From assembly GCA_963677485.1 (NCBI GenBank), contig OY781964.1, positions 256,001 to 320,000 on the forward strand: a stretch of DNA of 64,000 bases, written 5' to 3'. Numbering within the stretch: position 1 is the first letter of the stretch; every line of letters begins with the position of its first letter. This stretch comes from Armatimonadota bacterium (GTDB lineage: Bacteria > Armatimonadota > HRBIN16). Made by a program: the position numbers and the translations under genes. A model generated the notes under the pieces. That model saw nothing but the letters and a program-made list of their open reading frames with translations, made no database searches and was not told the origin of the DNA. Shown in pieces: positions 1 through 10,660 of this stretch.

Positions 1-3000
1 ATAGACGACATCATGCTGGTAGAGGGCAAACCCGCGGAGTTAGCGGAACAAGCCAAGCGGAAACCACAGCCCGCCTTACCTCCACGCAACGTGCCAGTGA
101 TGACGGTCGGCAGCAACTTAATCACAAATAACCACTTTGAACAGGCGCTGGATGGATGGACTTTTGTACACGGTGATGAGAGCCAAACCGCGGTGGTCGA
201 CCCCCACGTTGCCTTCACCGGCAGCCGGAGTGCCTGCCAGACCCACAAATCAGGTGGAATACCCGGAAGCTGGCTGTCCTTGAAATCACCCATCGCCGTG
301 AGATCGGGCTCCGAGTTCGTGCTGTCAGGCTGGCTGCGCACCGAAGGTCACAGCAACTGGACCGGTGTACCCATCGACCGTGCCAAGCGCGACGAAGGAG
401 CCTGCATCATACTGCAGGTGCAGGATGACAAGAAGCAGGTGATCAGCGAATCCTGGAGCCGCACCTGGCACACGAACGGCCAGTGGCAAAGGGTCCTGAC
501 ATCGGCCAGAATACCGGTCAACGGCTGGTACATCAACGTGCGGCTTTTCCACGGTGATCTGAAGGGCAAAAGCTGGTGCGATGGAATTCGGTTGGAACTC
601 ACCGCTGGCACTCCAGACGCAACGCCTGCTTGGCGGCTGCCTCGCGATGTGTATCAAGCCGGACCGCTTCCTCCGGGCTTCACGGGCACAGCCCGTTTGG
701 CCGCCCGGTCAGGCGATAAAGAGCTGGTCATATTGCTCAGCGCGAAAGATTCCGTCACCTTCCCATTGGTTGACCACTCGGTGCCAGGTAGTTTTCGCAT
801 CACGGGCTCAGCCCGAGGGAGTGGGACATCAACGCTCATACTGCGCAGTGTGGATGTGTACGGCCACATCCTGGCGGAAACCACAGCACCGCTGGTGTTG
901 GCGGGCAACTGGTCTGACTGGCAGCATGAATACACCCCTCATGTGGAAGCCGCCTGGTTCACGCTGTCTGCACGCTGTGACACCGGCAAGCTGGAGCTGC
1001 AAGAATTAAGAGCTATCCGCAGCTCCAGCCAAACGCTCCAGCAATACATGGACGCTCCGCCATCCGTGCCCACCCCTACGGCACTGGCACCCAAACAATC
1101 AAGCTTCCCGACGGTGAAGCGGGTGATGCGCGGCAGTGCCCCGCAGATCACTGTCAACGGCAAAACCGTGAACTTCGACCAGTATTGGCATGAGAATGTG
1201 CCGCATGAGCGGGTGATGCAGAGCTGCCGCGGTGGTGACCTGGTAATGGCCGTGATCATGAACAAGCTGGACTGGTCAACAACCCCCGCGACCATCAACA
1301 CGATTGCACTCGACCAGCAGATACAGGCGATACTCCGGCGATACCCTGAGGCCTGGATCACCATCACACCGGACACGACCGCATCTGAACACTCGGACAA
1401 GCCATGGATCGCCAGCAATCCTTCTGAGCGGTATGTGAATGACCTCGGCGAGTCTCAGGTGCCAGGCTACAGCGGGGAGTTGCGCTACTTCCCATCAATG
1501 GCCTCAGAGAAATGGCAGCAGGATGTAGACACTATGCTGCGCAGCTTGGTCAGCCACGTCAAGCAATCCGACTACGCCTCGCGGGTGATCGGGTTTCAGC
1601 TCAGCCCCTACGAGTGGTTCCAGTGGGAATGGATGCGGAGCCGTATAGACATCAGTGAGCCGATGCAGAAGTCCTTCCGCAAGTGGTTAAACGAGAAGTA
1701 TCAGTCCGATACCGCATTGCAGTCGGCATGGGTGGACCCAGCTGTCAGCCTGCAGACGGCGGTGATCCCGAGCCTGCAGCAGCGGCGGGCCACCACCGAT
1801 GGAGTTTTCAGAGACCCGCAAAAACACCAGTCTTCTATCGACTTTTCACGCTTCTATAACGAGCTCATTCCAGAGCTGTTGGCACGGCAAGCCGCGACGG
1901 TCAAACAAGCCGTCGGCAGTCCGATCCTATGCGGAACCTTCTACGGTTACATCACCACGATGATCGACGGCCCATCGCATGAATCGTCTGGGCACCTGGC
2001 GGTCGATAAGCTGCTGAAGTCAAAACAGATTGACTATGTCATTGCACCCAGCGACGGCTACATTTTCGAGCGCGAAATCGGCGGCACCGGCGGGTATATG
2101 ACCACCGCCGACAGTTTCCGGCTGAACAACGTGCTGTGGATGAACCAGCCTGACCACCGCACCCACTGGGCGCCTGACAACCTCGCCCGCACGGAGACCA
2201 CCGTGGAAGACATCCAGCTGTTCCGGCGGGAGTTCGCCCTGAACCTGACAACCCACACCGGCCAGCAGTACCTCGACTTCTCAACGGGCACCGCACTGGG
2301 AGACCGGCGCATCGGCAACGAGCTGGAGCACTACGGACGCATCCGGCAGTTCGCCGCGACCCTCGAACCCGATGTGGATGTCAGCCAGATGGCGGTGGTG
2401 GTCAGCGAAACGGCAGCCGATGTGATCGGCACCGAAGCCGTGCTGATGGACGGTGCGACCATCTACCACCAACGCCCGCTTTACTACCGCAGCGGAATGC
2501 CCCACTCCACTTGCCTGACCAGCGACCTGTTGAATCCGCAGCTCAACAAGCAGCGTTTATGGGTGTTCCCTAACGCCTGGCGGTTGAGCGCAGACGAGAT
2601 GGCGACCATCAAATCGCAGTGTATGAAGAACGGCAACCTGTTGTTGTTCATGTATGCCCCGGGATATGTCACAAGCAAAGCGTCGACGGACAACATCAGC
2701 AAGCTGTTGGGCATGAAGGTAGTCATCAGGCCCGACCTCAAGGACTCACGCATCACCATCTCGAATGATACCGGCGTCAGTGAGCTGCATGACTCGAAGG
2801 GGATACGCTACGGCCACTCGCCGAAACTCGCCTGGACTCCGCTTTTCGCGGTGGATGACCCTCGGGCGACTGCGCTGGGCCGATACTCAGATGGCCGTGT
2901 GGGACTCGCGATGCGTGAATTCGGCAGCTACCGCGTGGCCTACTCAGCCATCGGCATGATTCCACCGGCACTGCTGCGTGACCTCGGCCGGCTTGCGAAA

Positions 3001-3240
3001 GCGCACATCTATGTTGACAGCAACGATGCATTGTATGCCAGTAAGCAGTTCCTGGGTATTCATGCGCGCTCCGAGGGTAGCAAGCGGATCCAGTTGCCCC
3101 GGAAATGCGATGTTTATGACCTGTTCTCACACGAAGTGGTTGTGAAATCCGTCCGTGAGTTCACTGTCACCATGCTCGCATTCACCACACGCCTGTTCTA
3201 TCTTGGGGATGCCAATAAGGCCAGAGGGTTTTTCAAATAG
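1..3240 (+). CDS. Large glycoside hydrolase, GH42-like TIM barrel plus trimerisation-like C-terminus, with N-terminal CBM4/9-like domains; probably 5'-truncated by the window edge
   Basis: Frame is open from base 1. 'NLITNNHFEQALDGW' and 'WCDGIRLE' resemble CBM_4_9 ends; 'FRKWLNEKYQSDTALQSAW' is typical of GH42-like beta-galactosidases. Confidence 0.6.
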   Translation: MDDIMLVEGKPAELAEQAKRKPQPALPPRNVPVMTVGSNLITNNHFEQALDGWTFVHGDESQTAVVDPHVAFTGSRSACQTHKSGGIPGSWLSLKSPIAVRSGSEFVLSGWLRTEGHSNWTGVPIDRAKRDEGACIILQVQDDKKQVISESWSRTWHTNGQWQRVLTSARIPVNGWYINVRLFHGDLKGKSWCDGIRLELTAGTPDATPAWRLPRDVYQAGPLPPGFTGTARLAARSGDKELVILLSAKDSVTFPLVDHSVPGSFRITGSARGSGTSTLILRSVDVYGHILAETTAPLVLAGNWSDWQHEYTPHVEAAWFTLSARCDTGKLELQELRAIRSSSQTLQQYMDAPPSVPTPTALAPKQSSFPTVKRVMRGSAPQITVNGKTVNFDQYWHENVPHERVMQSCRGGDLVMAVIMNKLDWSTTPATINTIALDQQIQAILRRYPEAWITITPDTTASEHSDKPWIASNPSERYVNDLGESQVPGYSGELRYFPSMASEKWQQDVDTMLRSLVSHVKQSDYASRVIGFQLSPYEWFQWEWMRSRIDISEPMQKSFRKWLNEKYQSDTALQSAWVDPAVSLQTAVIPSLQQRRATTDGVFRDPQKHQSSIDFSRFYNELIPELLARQAATVKQAVGSPILCGTFYGYITTMIDGPSHESSGHLAVDKLLKSKQIDYVIAPSDGYIFEREIGGTGGYMTTADSFRLNNVLWMNQPDHRTHWAPDNLARTETTVEDIQLFRREFALNLTTHTGQQYLDFSTGTALGDRRIGNELEHYGRIRQFAATLEPDVDVSQMAVVVSETAADVIGTEAVLMDGATIYHQRPLYYRSGMPHSTCLTSDLLNPQLNKQRLWVFPNAWRLSADEMATIKSQCMKNGNLLLFMYAPGYVTSKASTDNISKLLGMKVVIRPDLKDSRITISNDTGVSELHDSKGIRYGHSPKLAWTPLFAVDDPRATALGRYSDGRVGLAMREFGSYRVAYSAIGMIPPALLRDLGRLAKAHIYVDSNDALYASKQFLGIHARSEGSKRIQLPRKCDVYDLFSHEVVVKSVREFTVTMLAFTTRLFYLGDANKARGFFK

Positions 3241-3287
3241 GCGTCAGTCCTAATCGGACGGATCCGTCCGATGAGGACTGACGCCTA
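3238..3287. repeat. 50-bp near-perfect palindrome overlapping the stop codon (possible terminator or cruciform)
   Basis: taggcgtcagtcct-a-atcggacggatccgtccgat-g-aggactgacgccta; one mismatched pair (3252/3273), no loop, no U-tract. Confidence 0.8.
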
Positions 3288-3407
3288 ACCGGTGCGGCCC
3301 TTTCCACAACGCGGAAGGAGACTTCGGTTATAATAGATTAGGTAACGCCCCGGATTATCCCCTATATTTTTACCGGATGGCGTTGTGCTATACGCGGAGG
3401 CTATTCT

Positions 3408-4691
3408 TTGGAGAAGTTCGAAATCACTGGTGGTGTCCCCCTGAAGGGTGATATCGAGGTGAGCGGCAGTAAGAACGCCACGCTGGCTATTATGGCGGGG
3501 GCATTACTCTCATCGGAACCGGTGATTCTGAAGAATGTGCCGCGGATTTCAGACACAACGCTGATGGTCTCCATGCTCAGACACCTCGGCTGCGAGGCCG
3601 ACTGGGTCACCCCGCGCTCACTGTTCATCGATGCCAGCCGCATTCTGCACACGGAAGTTCCCGCCGACGAAGCCACGAAGATGCGCGCCAGCTTCCACGT
3701 GGCAGGTCCCCTACTGGCCCGCTGCGGTTATGCACGGCTGCCCCTACCGGGCGGCTGTAACATTGCCAAAGGCGGTCGGCCGGTGAACTTTCATGAAAAA
3801 GGGCTTAAAATGCTGGGCACCAGAGTGGAAGATGATGGAAACTTCATCTCCTTTGAGGCCAAACAGTTAACGGGAGCCACGATTTTCCTGCAGTTCCCCA
3901 GTGCCGGTGCCACCGAGCACCTGATGACCGCGGCAGTGCTGGCAAAAGGCATCACGATCATCGAGAACGCGGCGCAAGAGCCTGAGGTGGTCGATCTGGC
4001 CGCCTTCCTGACCGCCATCGGAGCACGCATCGTCGGAGCTGGAACCCGCCGCATCACCATCGAAGGGGTTCCCCGCCTGAAAGGTGGAGAGCACTCGATC
4101 ATTACCGACCGCATGGAAGTTGGCACCTTTGCTTTAGCGGCCGCCGCCACCCGCGGATCGGTGCATATCGTGAATGCCGACCGTCTAGCGCTGGCCCCTG
4201 TCACCGCCAAGCTCCGTGAAGCGGGTGTGATAGTCGAGGAAATGTCCAGCGGAGGCATCCGCGTGCAGAACACAGGACGGCCGCTGCCAATCCAGATACG
4301 CACCCACCCCCATCCCGGATTCCCGACTGACATGCAGCAGCCGATGGGTGCCTTGCTGGCCACGGCACAAGGCGTTTCGGTGATCACCGAAGGTGTTTAT
4401 GACCAGCGTTTCAACTACACCCAGCACCTTCGCAATATGGGTGCAGACATCACCCTGGGTGAACGCACCGCAGTCATCCGCGGTGTTGCCAGATTGCATG
4501 CTGCGACTGTGCAGGCTGTAGACCTTCGGGCAGGAGCCGCGATGATCATTGCGGCACTCAGTGCGGAAGGCACCAGCATTATTGAAGATATTGAACACAT
4601 TGATCGTGGTTACTCATCGATCGAGAAGAAGCTGAATCAGCTTGGCGCGCAAGTGGCTCGGGTAAATATACCAGAACCCGTTGCGGCTTAG
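3408..4691 (+). CDS. murA: UDP-N-acetylglucosamine 1-carboxyvinyltransferase
   Basis: SGSKNA, MRASF, LPGGCNI (catalytic Cys), AGATEHLM, EPEVVDL, HPGFPTDMQ, DLRAGAA, HIDRGY; TTG start after GGAGG. Confidence 0.97.
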   Translation: MEKFEITGGVPLKGDIEVSGSKNATLAIMAGALLSSEPVILKNVPRISDTTLMVSMLRHLGCEADWVTPRSLFIDASRILHTEVPADEATKMRASFHVAGPLLARCGYARLPLPGGCNIAKGGRPVNFHEKGLKMLGTRVEDDGNFISFEAKQLTGATIFLQFPSAGATEHLMTAAVLAKGITIIENAAQEPEVVDLAAFLTAIGARIVGAGTRRITIEGVPRLKGGEHSIITDRMEVGTFALAAAATRGSVHIVNADRLALAPVTAKLREAGVIVEEMSSGGIRVQNTGRPLPIQIRTHPHPGFPTDMQQPMGALLATAQGVSVITEGVYDQRFNYTQHLRNMGADITLGERTAVIRGVARLHAATVQAVDLRAGAAMIIAALSAEGTSIIEDIEHIDRGYSSIEKKLNQLGAQVARVNIPEPVAA

Positions 4692-4722
4692 CACTGAATA
4701 GACTGTATAGAGAGGCCAAACC

Positions 4723-5745
4723 ATGATAAGAATGACCCCGGAGTTGGGTATCGACCTTGGAACTGCCAATATCCTTGTGTACGTACGAGGAAAAGGTGTC
4801 GTTCTAAACGAGCCTTCGGTTGTGGCCATCTCTGCAACAAATAAGAAGGTATTAGCGATCGGTGAAGAGGCGCGGCTGATGCTGGGCCGCACACCAGGCA
4901 ACATCCTGGCCACTCGACCGATGAGTGAGGGCGTGATCGCCGACTACGCCACCACTCGCAAGATGCTGGAGCACCTGATCTGCAAGGTATGCGGCCATCG
5001 TCGGCTGTTCAAACCGAAAGTATTAGTCTGCGTGCCCAGCGGTGTAACGCCCGTTGAGCGCCGTGCCGTGATCCTGGCCACCCGCGAAGCCGGTGCTGGC
5101 GAAGCCTACACCATCGAGGAGCCGATGGCGGCCGCCATCGGTGCTGGTCTGCCCATCAGCCATCCGGGAGGCAACCTGGTGCTTGATATCGGCGGAGGCA
5201 CCAGCGATGTGGCCGTGATATCACTGGAGGGCATTGTCATCCGCGGCTCCGTACGCGTAGGCGGAAACAAAATGGATGAGGTGATCATCCGCTACATCCG
5301 CAACCAGTACAACCTGATGATCGGTGACCGCACCGCGGAAGAGATCAAAATCCGCATCGGCAGTGCCTACCCGCTGGAGCAGGAGATCGACATGGAAGTG
5401 CGCGGTCGTGACCTGATCGCCGGCCTTCCAAAGACCATCACCATCAGCTCAGAGGAAATCCGCGAGGCTCTGCAGGAGCCCGTAAACGCCATGGTGGATA
5501 AAGTGAAGTCCGTGCTCGAAGTTACCCCGCCGGAACTGGCCGCGGACATCATCGAGCGTGGCATCACGCTGACCGGCGGCGGTGCCCTGCTCAGGGGGCT
5601 TGACCACTTGATACACAGCGTGACAGGGTTGGACGTTCGCGTGGCCGACGACCCGTTGAGCTGCGTGGCCATCGGCTGCGGCCGTGCGCTTGAGGAGTTC
5701 GGAGCGATCCGCGAAAGCAGCGTGATCCTGGGCGACCGCTACTAA
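4723..5745 (+). CDS. mreB: Rod shape-determining actin-like protein MreB/Mbl (start may be ATG 4732)
   Basis: [50 protein letters not shown]. Confidence 0.95.
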   Translation: MIRMTPELGIDLGTANILVYVRGKGVVLNEPSVVAISATNKKVLAIGEEARLMLGRTPGNILATRPMSEGVIADYATTRKMLEHLICKVCGHRRLFKPKVLVCVPSGVTPVERRAVILATREAGAGEAYTIEEPMAAAIGAGLPISHPGGNLVLDIGGGTSDVAVISLEGIVIRGSVRVGGNKMDEVIIRYIRNQYNLMIGDRTAEEIKIRIGSAYPLEQEIDMEVRGRDLIAGLPKTITISSEEIREALQEPVNAMVDKVKSVLEVTPPELAADIIERGITLTGGGALLRGLDHLIHSVTGLDVRVADDPLSCVAIGCGRALEEFGAIRESSVILGDRY

Positions 5746-5826
5746 GCGCCAGTCGCCTTTTTGTCCAACAGGCCAGCGGAAATCCGCTGGCCTGTTCTGG
5801 GTTGGTGGGTGGGGTTTGGGTAGGCA

Positions 5827-5924
5827 CGTAGGGGCATGGCGTGCCGTGCCCTCCAGGGTGGGCTGTGCTCTCCGGCCAACAGGATATCATGGCGTTCCAG
5901 GGCACGGCACGCCATGCCCCTACG
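5827..5924. repeat. GTAG-type REP doublet (REPIN-like inverted pair)
   Basis: cgtaggggcatggcgtgccgtgccct (5827-5852) and its exact reverse complement (5899-5924). Confidence 0.85.
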
Positions 5925-5952
5925 ATTGGCACAGGGAACATTACAGCATTTA

Positions 5953-6025
5953 CCTTTGCGTCTTTGCCCCCTTGCGCCTTTGCGTTAAAATCCATCCCCT
6001 TCGCGTCTTCGCGTCTTCGCGTGAC
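5953..6025 (+). repeat. Short 8-mer tandem modules (ctttgcgt..., cttcgcgt x3 ending in gtga)
   Basis: The same module recurs at about 35180, 37287, 45670 and 45790. Confidence 0.7.
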
Positions 6026-6082
6026 ACCGCCTCTTCATCGGCTTGGGTTACAATAACCATGGAGAATCGTTGATAAGGGTGT

Positions 6083-8872
6083 GTGACTATGAGCCGATTG
6101 AGTTGGAACCAGATACGGGCGAATGCTGCCCATTTCGCCGATGAATGGCATGATGCCAGTTACGAACGCGGCGAAACACAGAGCTTTTATAATGACTTTT
6201 TCGAGGTATTCGGAGTGCGCCGGCGCAAGGTGGCCACGTTCGAGGAGCCAGTCAAGAAACTGGGCGGCAGCCAGGGGTTCATTGACCTGTTCTGGAAAGG
6301 CGTGCTGCTGGTAGAGCAGAAAAGCGCAGGCCGTAACCTGACCCTCGCCAAGGAGCAGGCATTACAATATTTCCCAGGCTTGAAGGACTACGAACTGCCC
6401 CGATACATCCTGCTGTGCGACTTCCAAAGCTTCGAGCTTTACGACCTGGATGAACGCACCACCACCTGCTTTGCCTTACCCGATTTTCCGCAGTATGTGG
6501 AGCATTTCGGCTTCATTCTGGGCATCGAAAAGCGCTCCTTCCGCGACCAGGACCCGGTGAACATCCAAGCCTCGGAGCTGATGGGCCGTCTGCACGATGC
6601 ACTGTATGCCTCCGGGTACCGCGGGCATGACCTGGAACATCTGCTGGTGCGGCTGCTGTTCTGTCTGTTCGCCGATGACACGGGCATCTTTGAACCGGTC
6701 GGACTATTCAACGACCTGATCCTGCAGCGCACCAACGATGATGGCTCCGATGTGGGGCCGTGGCTGATGCAGTTGTTTGATGTGCTGAACGAACCGGAGA
6801 CTGAACGGCAGAGCAACCTTGATGAGGATTTGAACGCCTTCCCCTATATCAACGGCAACCTGTTTGCTCAACGGCTCCGTGTGCCTGCCTTCAACGCCCA
6901 GATGCGCGAGATCATGCTGGAGGCCTGCGCCTTCAACTGGGATGCCATCTCGCCCGCCATCTTCGGATCCCTCTTCCAGTCTGTGATGAATGCCGGCCAG
7001 CGACGGGCAATCGGCGCGCACTATACCACCGAGAAAAACATTCTTAAGGTCATCGAACCACTGTTCTTAGATGAGCTCCGGGCCGAATTTACCCGCTTGC
7101 AGGCTCGACGTGATAACAGTCGACGGTCGGCCTTGGAGGCGTTCCACGAGAAGCTGGCAAGTCTGCGATTTTTCGACCCCGCCTGCGGATGCGGTAACTT
7201 TCTGATCATCGCCTACCGGGAACTTCGTGACCTTGAGATGCAGCTCATTCGGGAGTTGAATCCAGCAGGCCAGTTGGTCACAGACATTGACGCCCTGATC
7301 AGGGTGAATGTGCACCAGTTCTACGGCATCGAGATTGAGGAGTTCCCCGCGCGCATCGCCGAGGTAGCGCTGTGGATGATGGACCACATCTGCAACAACC
7401 GGATGTCGTTGGCGATGGGGCAGGTGTTCCTGCGCATCCCGCTCAAAACCTCACCGCACATCCACAACAGCGATGCGTTGGAGCTGGACTGGCAGAGCGT
7501 ACTCCCCGCGGAAGAGTGCAGCTATATCATGGGTAACCCGCCGTTCATCGGGGCGAAGTTCCAGACTGCGGAGCAGCGTCAGCAGGTTCGTGATGTCGCC
7601 CGTCTTGGCGGCAGCGGTGGCACATTGGACTATGTGACCGCATGGTTCCTGAAAGCCAGCGACTACGTGGCGCAGTATGACATCCGCATCGGTTTTGTTT
7701 CCACCAACTCCATCACACAGGGCGAGCAGGTGGCGCAGCTCTGGCCGCTGCTGTTCGAGCGTTACGGCATGGAGATATGCTTTGCACACAGCACTTTCGC
7801 CTGGGGCAGCGACGCCCGGGGCATGGCTCATGTGCATGTGGTGGTGCTGGGTCTGTGCAAGCGGGCCTTTGAGCCGAAGAGCAAGCGGCTGTTCAGCTAC
7901 CCGAGCATACAAGGTGACCCGCTGGAGAGCCGTCACGGCAAGTTGTCACCCTACCTTCTGGACGCCAGCAACCTCGCCAACCCGCATGTGGTGGTTCGTG
8001 AAGAGTCGCGCCCCATCAATGGCTTACCTTTTTTGGTGGTGGGTTCACAGCCAATTGATGGCGGGAACATGATATTTGCACCTGATGAATATAAGGAATT
8101 CGTTAAAGTTGAACCAGCAGCTGAGGGGCTCATTCACCCATTTATCGGTGCCGATGAGTTGATCAATGGCAAAATACGATATATTCTGGCATTGCAAGGT
8201 ACAAACCCTCACCAACTACGCAACATGCCCTACGTAATGGCACGTCTAGAAAGGGTCAGAGGTTTTCGAGCTGAAAGTAAGCGACCCAAAACCAGAGAGC
8301 TTGCCGAAACACCAGCACTTTTTGCCTTTACTACAATACCTTCGGGACCGTTTATGGCGATACCAAAAGTCAGCTCTGAACGAAGAGAATACATACCTTT
8401 CGCCTACTATACTCCTCCGACCATCCCAAGCGACCTGGTGTTTGTTCTTAATCATGCAGAGCCTTGGCACTTTACTCTTCTCACTTCCCGAATGCATATG
8501 GCCTGGCTGCGTGCGGTCGGTGGTCGTTTGAAAAGCGATTACCGCTATTCCGGTGGGATGGTCTACAACACGTTCCCCATACCGGAGCTGACGGACGAAA
8601 GCAGGGCGCGGTTGGGTAACCTTGCGCAGGCCGTGCTGGACGCCCGGGCGCGCTACCCCGAGTGCAGCCTGGCTGATCTATACGACACCCTCTCCATGCC
8701 CACCGAGCTTCGGAAGGCACACAAGGCACTCGACACCGCCGTCGACCGCCTCTACCGCCCAGCCCCCTTCGCGGACGACCGCGAGCGCGTGGAGCACCTG
8801 CTGGCCCGCTACGAGGCCATGACCGCCGGTCTGCTCACCGCCCCCGCGCCCAAGCGGCGCCGGGCGAGGTAG
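6083..8872 (+). CDS. MmeI-like (Type IIL/IIG) fused restriction endonuclease-N6-adenine methyltransferase
   Basis: N-terminal PD-ExK (IDLFWKGVLLVEQKS), GAHYT, motif I FFDPACGCGNFL, motif IV GNPPF, C-terminal GRLKSDYRYS...YNTFP...LADLYD...LRKAHKALD. Confidence 0.92.
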   Translation: MTMSRLSWNQIRANAAHFADEWHDASYERGETQSFYNDFFEVFGVRRRKVATFEEPVKKLGGSQGFIDLFWKGVLLVEQKSAGRNLTLAKEQALQYFPGLKDYELPRYILLCDFQSFELYDLDERTTTCFALPDFPQYVEHFGFILGIEKRSFRDQDPVNIQASELMGRLHDALYASGYRGHDLEHLLVRLLFCLFADDTGIFEPVGLFNDLILQRTNDDGSDVGPWLMQLFDVLNEPETERQSNLDEDLNAFPYINGNLFAQRLRVPAFNAQMREIMLEACAFNWDAISPAIFGSLFQSVMNAGQRRAIGAHYTTEKNILKVIEPLFLDELRAEFTRLQARRDNSRRSALEAFHEKLASLRFFDPACGCGNFLIIAYRELRDLEMQLIRELNPAGQLVTDIDALIRVNVHQFYGIEIEEFPARIAEVALWMMDHICNNRMSLAMGQVFLRIPLKTSPHIHNSDALELDWQSVLPAEECSYIMGNPPFIGAKFQTAEQRQQVRDVARLGGSGGTLDYVTAWFLKASDYVAQYDIRIGFVSTNSITQGEQVAQLWPLLFERYGMEICFAHSTFAWGSDARGMAHVHVVVLGLCKRAFEPKSKRLFSYPSIQGDPLESRHGKLSPYLLDASNLANPHVVVREESRPINGLPFLVVGSQPIDGGNMIFAPDEYKEFVKVEPAAEGLIHPFIGADELINGKIRYILALQGTNPHQLRNMPYVMARLERVRGFRAESKRPKTRELAETPALFAFTTIPSGPFMAIPKVSSERREYIPFAYYTPPTIPSDLVFVLNHAEPWHFTLLTSRMHMAWLRAVGGRLKSDYRYSGGMVYNTFPIPELTDESRARLGNLAQAVLDARARYPECSLADLYDTLSMPTELRKAHKALDTAVDRLYRPAPFADDRERVEHLLARYEAMTAGLLTAPAPKRRRAR

Positions 8873-8879
8873 GGGGAAT

Positions 8880-9210
8880 GGGGCAGGCACAAGGTGATGG
8901 GGCAACCACGGGGGGTTGCCCCTAGTACGCGCGTTCCGCAAATGCCAATCTCCGATTGGCATTTGCCTCCCCATCCGTGCCATCCGTTCAATCCGTGGTT
9001 CAGAAATTCCCGGAGAAACCACATGGAGCCGTGGCGTCTATAATAAGGGCGGTTCGCGAACCGCCACCACATAAGTCCATCGCACGGGCGACCACCAGTC
9101 GCCCCTACGCGAACCCTTGGCACGCCCGTCCCCATCAGCGTCCATCTGCGTTCATCCGCGGTTCAGGAATTCCCCTCCCCCTCCGCGTCCTCCGCGTCTC
9201 CGCGTGACAG
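8880..9210. repeat. Composite intergenic REP/short-repeat mosaic between convergent genes
   Basis: Contains gggcaaccacggggggttgcccc, aatgccaatctccgattggcatt, gggcggttcgcgaaccgcc, gggcgaccaccagtcgcccctacg, atctgcgttcatccgcggtt and ctccgcgtcctccgcgtctccgcgtga. Confidence 0.8.
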
Positions 9211-9223
9211 ATCCCCGTCCCCG

Positions 9224-10600
9224 TCACACCTCCACGGTGATCGGTCCAGCGGCTGACCAGTCACCCTGCGGCGAGTCCTCGCCGGGTAGCTTCGTCTTGG
9301 TGTCGGGCCAGGGCTCAAGCCGGCCTGTCAGCAGCGGGTCGTCCGTCTGCTCCATCCAGCGTTGCAAACGGCCCCGCATCTCAACCAAAACATCCGCATA
9401 TGAAACATCCGATGCGCAGTTGCAGGCCTCATTGGGATCAAACACCAGGTCATACAGCTCCTCAGTCACCTGAGCCCGATGGTCCCAGTCCGCTTGCCGG
9501 AGTAAAGTTTTGGTGACACTGTCATCGCAGTTAGGCAGCACCGGACCCTCTTGTGGCGTAAACCGGCGGATGTAGTTGTATCGTAGAGTCCGCACCGAGC
9601 GCATCGGCTCCGCGGCAGCGTGCCAGTTTACCTCCGCAAAGGCCTCATCACGTATCGTGTCGCCTGCACTGACCATTGGCATGAGCGAGGAACCTTCAAG
9701 CCAGTCGGGAGCCGTTAAGCCAGCCACCTCGCAGATGGTGGGGAACAGATCCACATGGCTGACCAGCCCGTCCATCACACGGCCGCCGTGCAGCCCGGAG
9801 GTCTGGTAGCGCATCATCAGCAGCACCCCTGTGCCGTGACTGGTCAGGTTGCACTTCATCAGCGGATAGGCGATGCCATGATCGGTGGTGATGACCACCA
9901 GGGTGTTGTGCGCCAGACCAGCCAGCTTCAGTGCCTCCAACACTCGCCCGACGCAGGCATCCAGCCTGTACGCCGCCACCCTAAAATCGGCAAAATCCTG
10001 CCTGACCTCAGGTGTGTCCGGCAGCGGAGCTGGAGGCCGCACGTAACGGGCATCGCCTTCCGGCGCATGGCGCGTGGTATGCCACTGCTCGCCGTCACCC
10101 ATCCGGTGCGTCAGCATGAACCCGCAGTCCAGGAAAAACGGCTGTTGGCCATCGGACTTCAGAATGTAGTCACAGGCCGCCTGGGCAAACCAGTCGTTCT
10201 GAGACTCAAAGTCGTTTACCCAGACGGGAGGGTTCTCCGTATACAACAGTCTGTCATAGCCCAGATCAGGCAGTCTCTCAGCTGATGCCACATGCTGCAC
10301 ACCGGCCAACGCGGTGGCGTAGCCATTCGTCTTCAGGAAGCTTGCCAGGTGGTGCGAAGGCTCTGTCAGCCGTCCACCAAGGTGGGCCAAAGCCACCATA
10401 CCGTTCTGATGGGGATACTGGCCTGTGAGCAGCGATGCGCGGCTGGGAGAGCAAGTTGGGGCGGCACTGTAGGCGTTACGAAACAGCACACTTTGCTCAG
10501 CAAAGCGTTGAAGGTTCGGGGTTTTGACCGCATATCCATATGGCTGGATATACCGGCCGGTATCATGAGAATGAATATAGATGACGTTCGGATGGCCCAT
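9224..10600 (-). CDS. Formylglycine-dependent sulfatase (N-sulfoglucosamine sulfohydrolase-like)
   Basis: PNVIYIHSHD, CSPSRASLLTG signature, TTDHG, ELYDLVFDPNE. Confidence 0.9.
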   Translation of the reverse strand: MGHPNVIYIHSHDTGRYIQPYGYAVKTPNLQRFAEQSVLFRNAYSAAPTCSPSRASLLTGQYPHQNGMVALAHLGGRLTEPSHHLASFLKTNGYATALAGVQHVASAERLPDLGYDRLLYTENPPVWVNDFESQNDWFAQAACDYILKSDGQQPFFLDCGFMLTHRMGDGEQWHTTRHAPEGDARYVRPPAPLPDTPEVRQDFADFRVAAYRLDACVGRVLEALKLAGLAHNTLVVITTDHGIAYPLMKCNLTSHGTGVLLMMRYQTSGLHGGRVMDGLVSHVDLFPTICEVAGLTAPDWLEGSSLMPMVSAGDTIRDEAFAEVNWHAAAEPMRSVRTLRYNYIRRFTPQEGPVLPNCDDSVTKTLLRQADWDHRAQVTEELYDLVFDPNEACNCASDVSYADVLVEMRGRLQRWMEQTDDPLLTGRLEPWPDTKTKLPGEDSPQGDWSAAGPITVEV

Positions 10601-10660
10601 GGCTTAGGTGTCCTATCTGCCGTGACACAAATTCAACCGCACGGCAGGCATATTATAACC

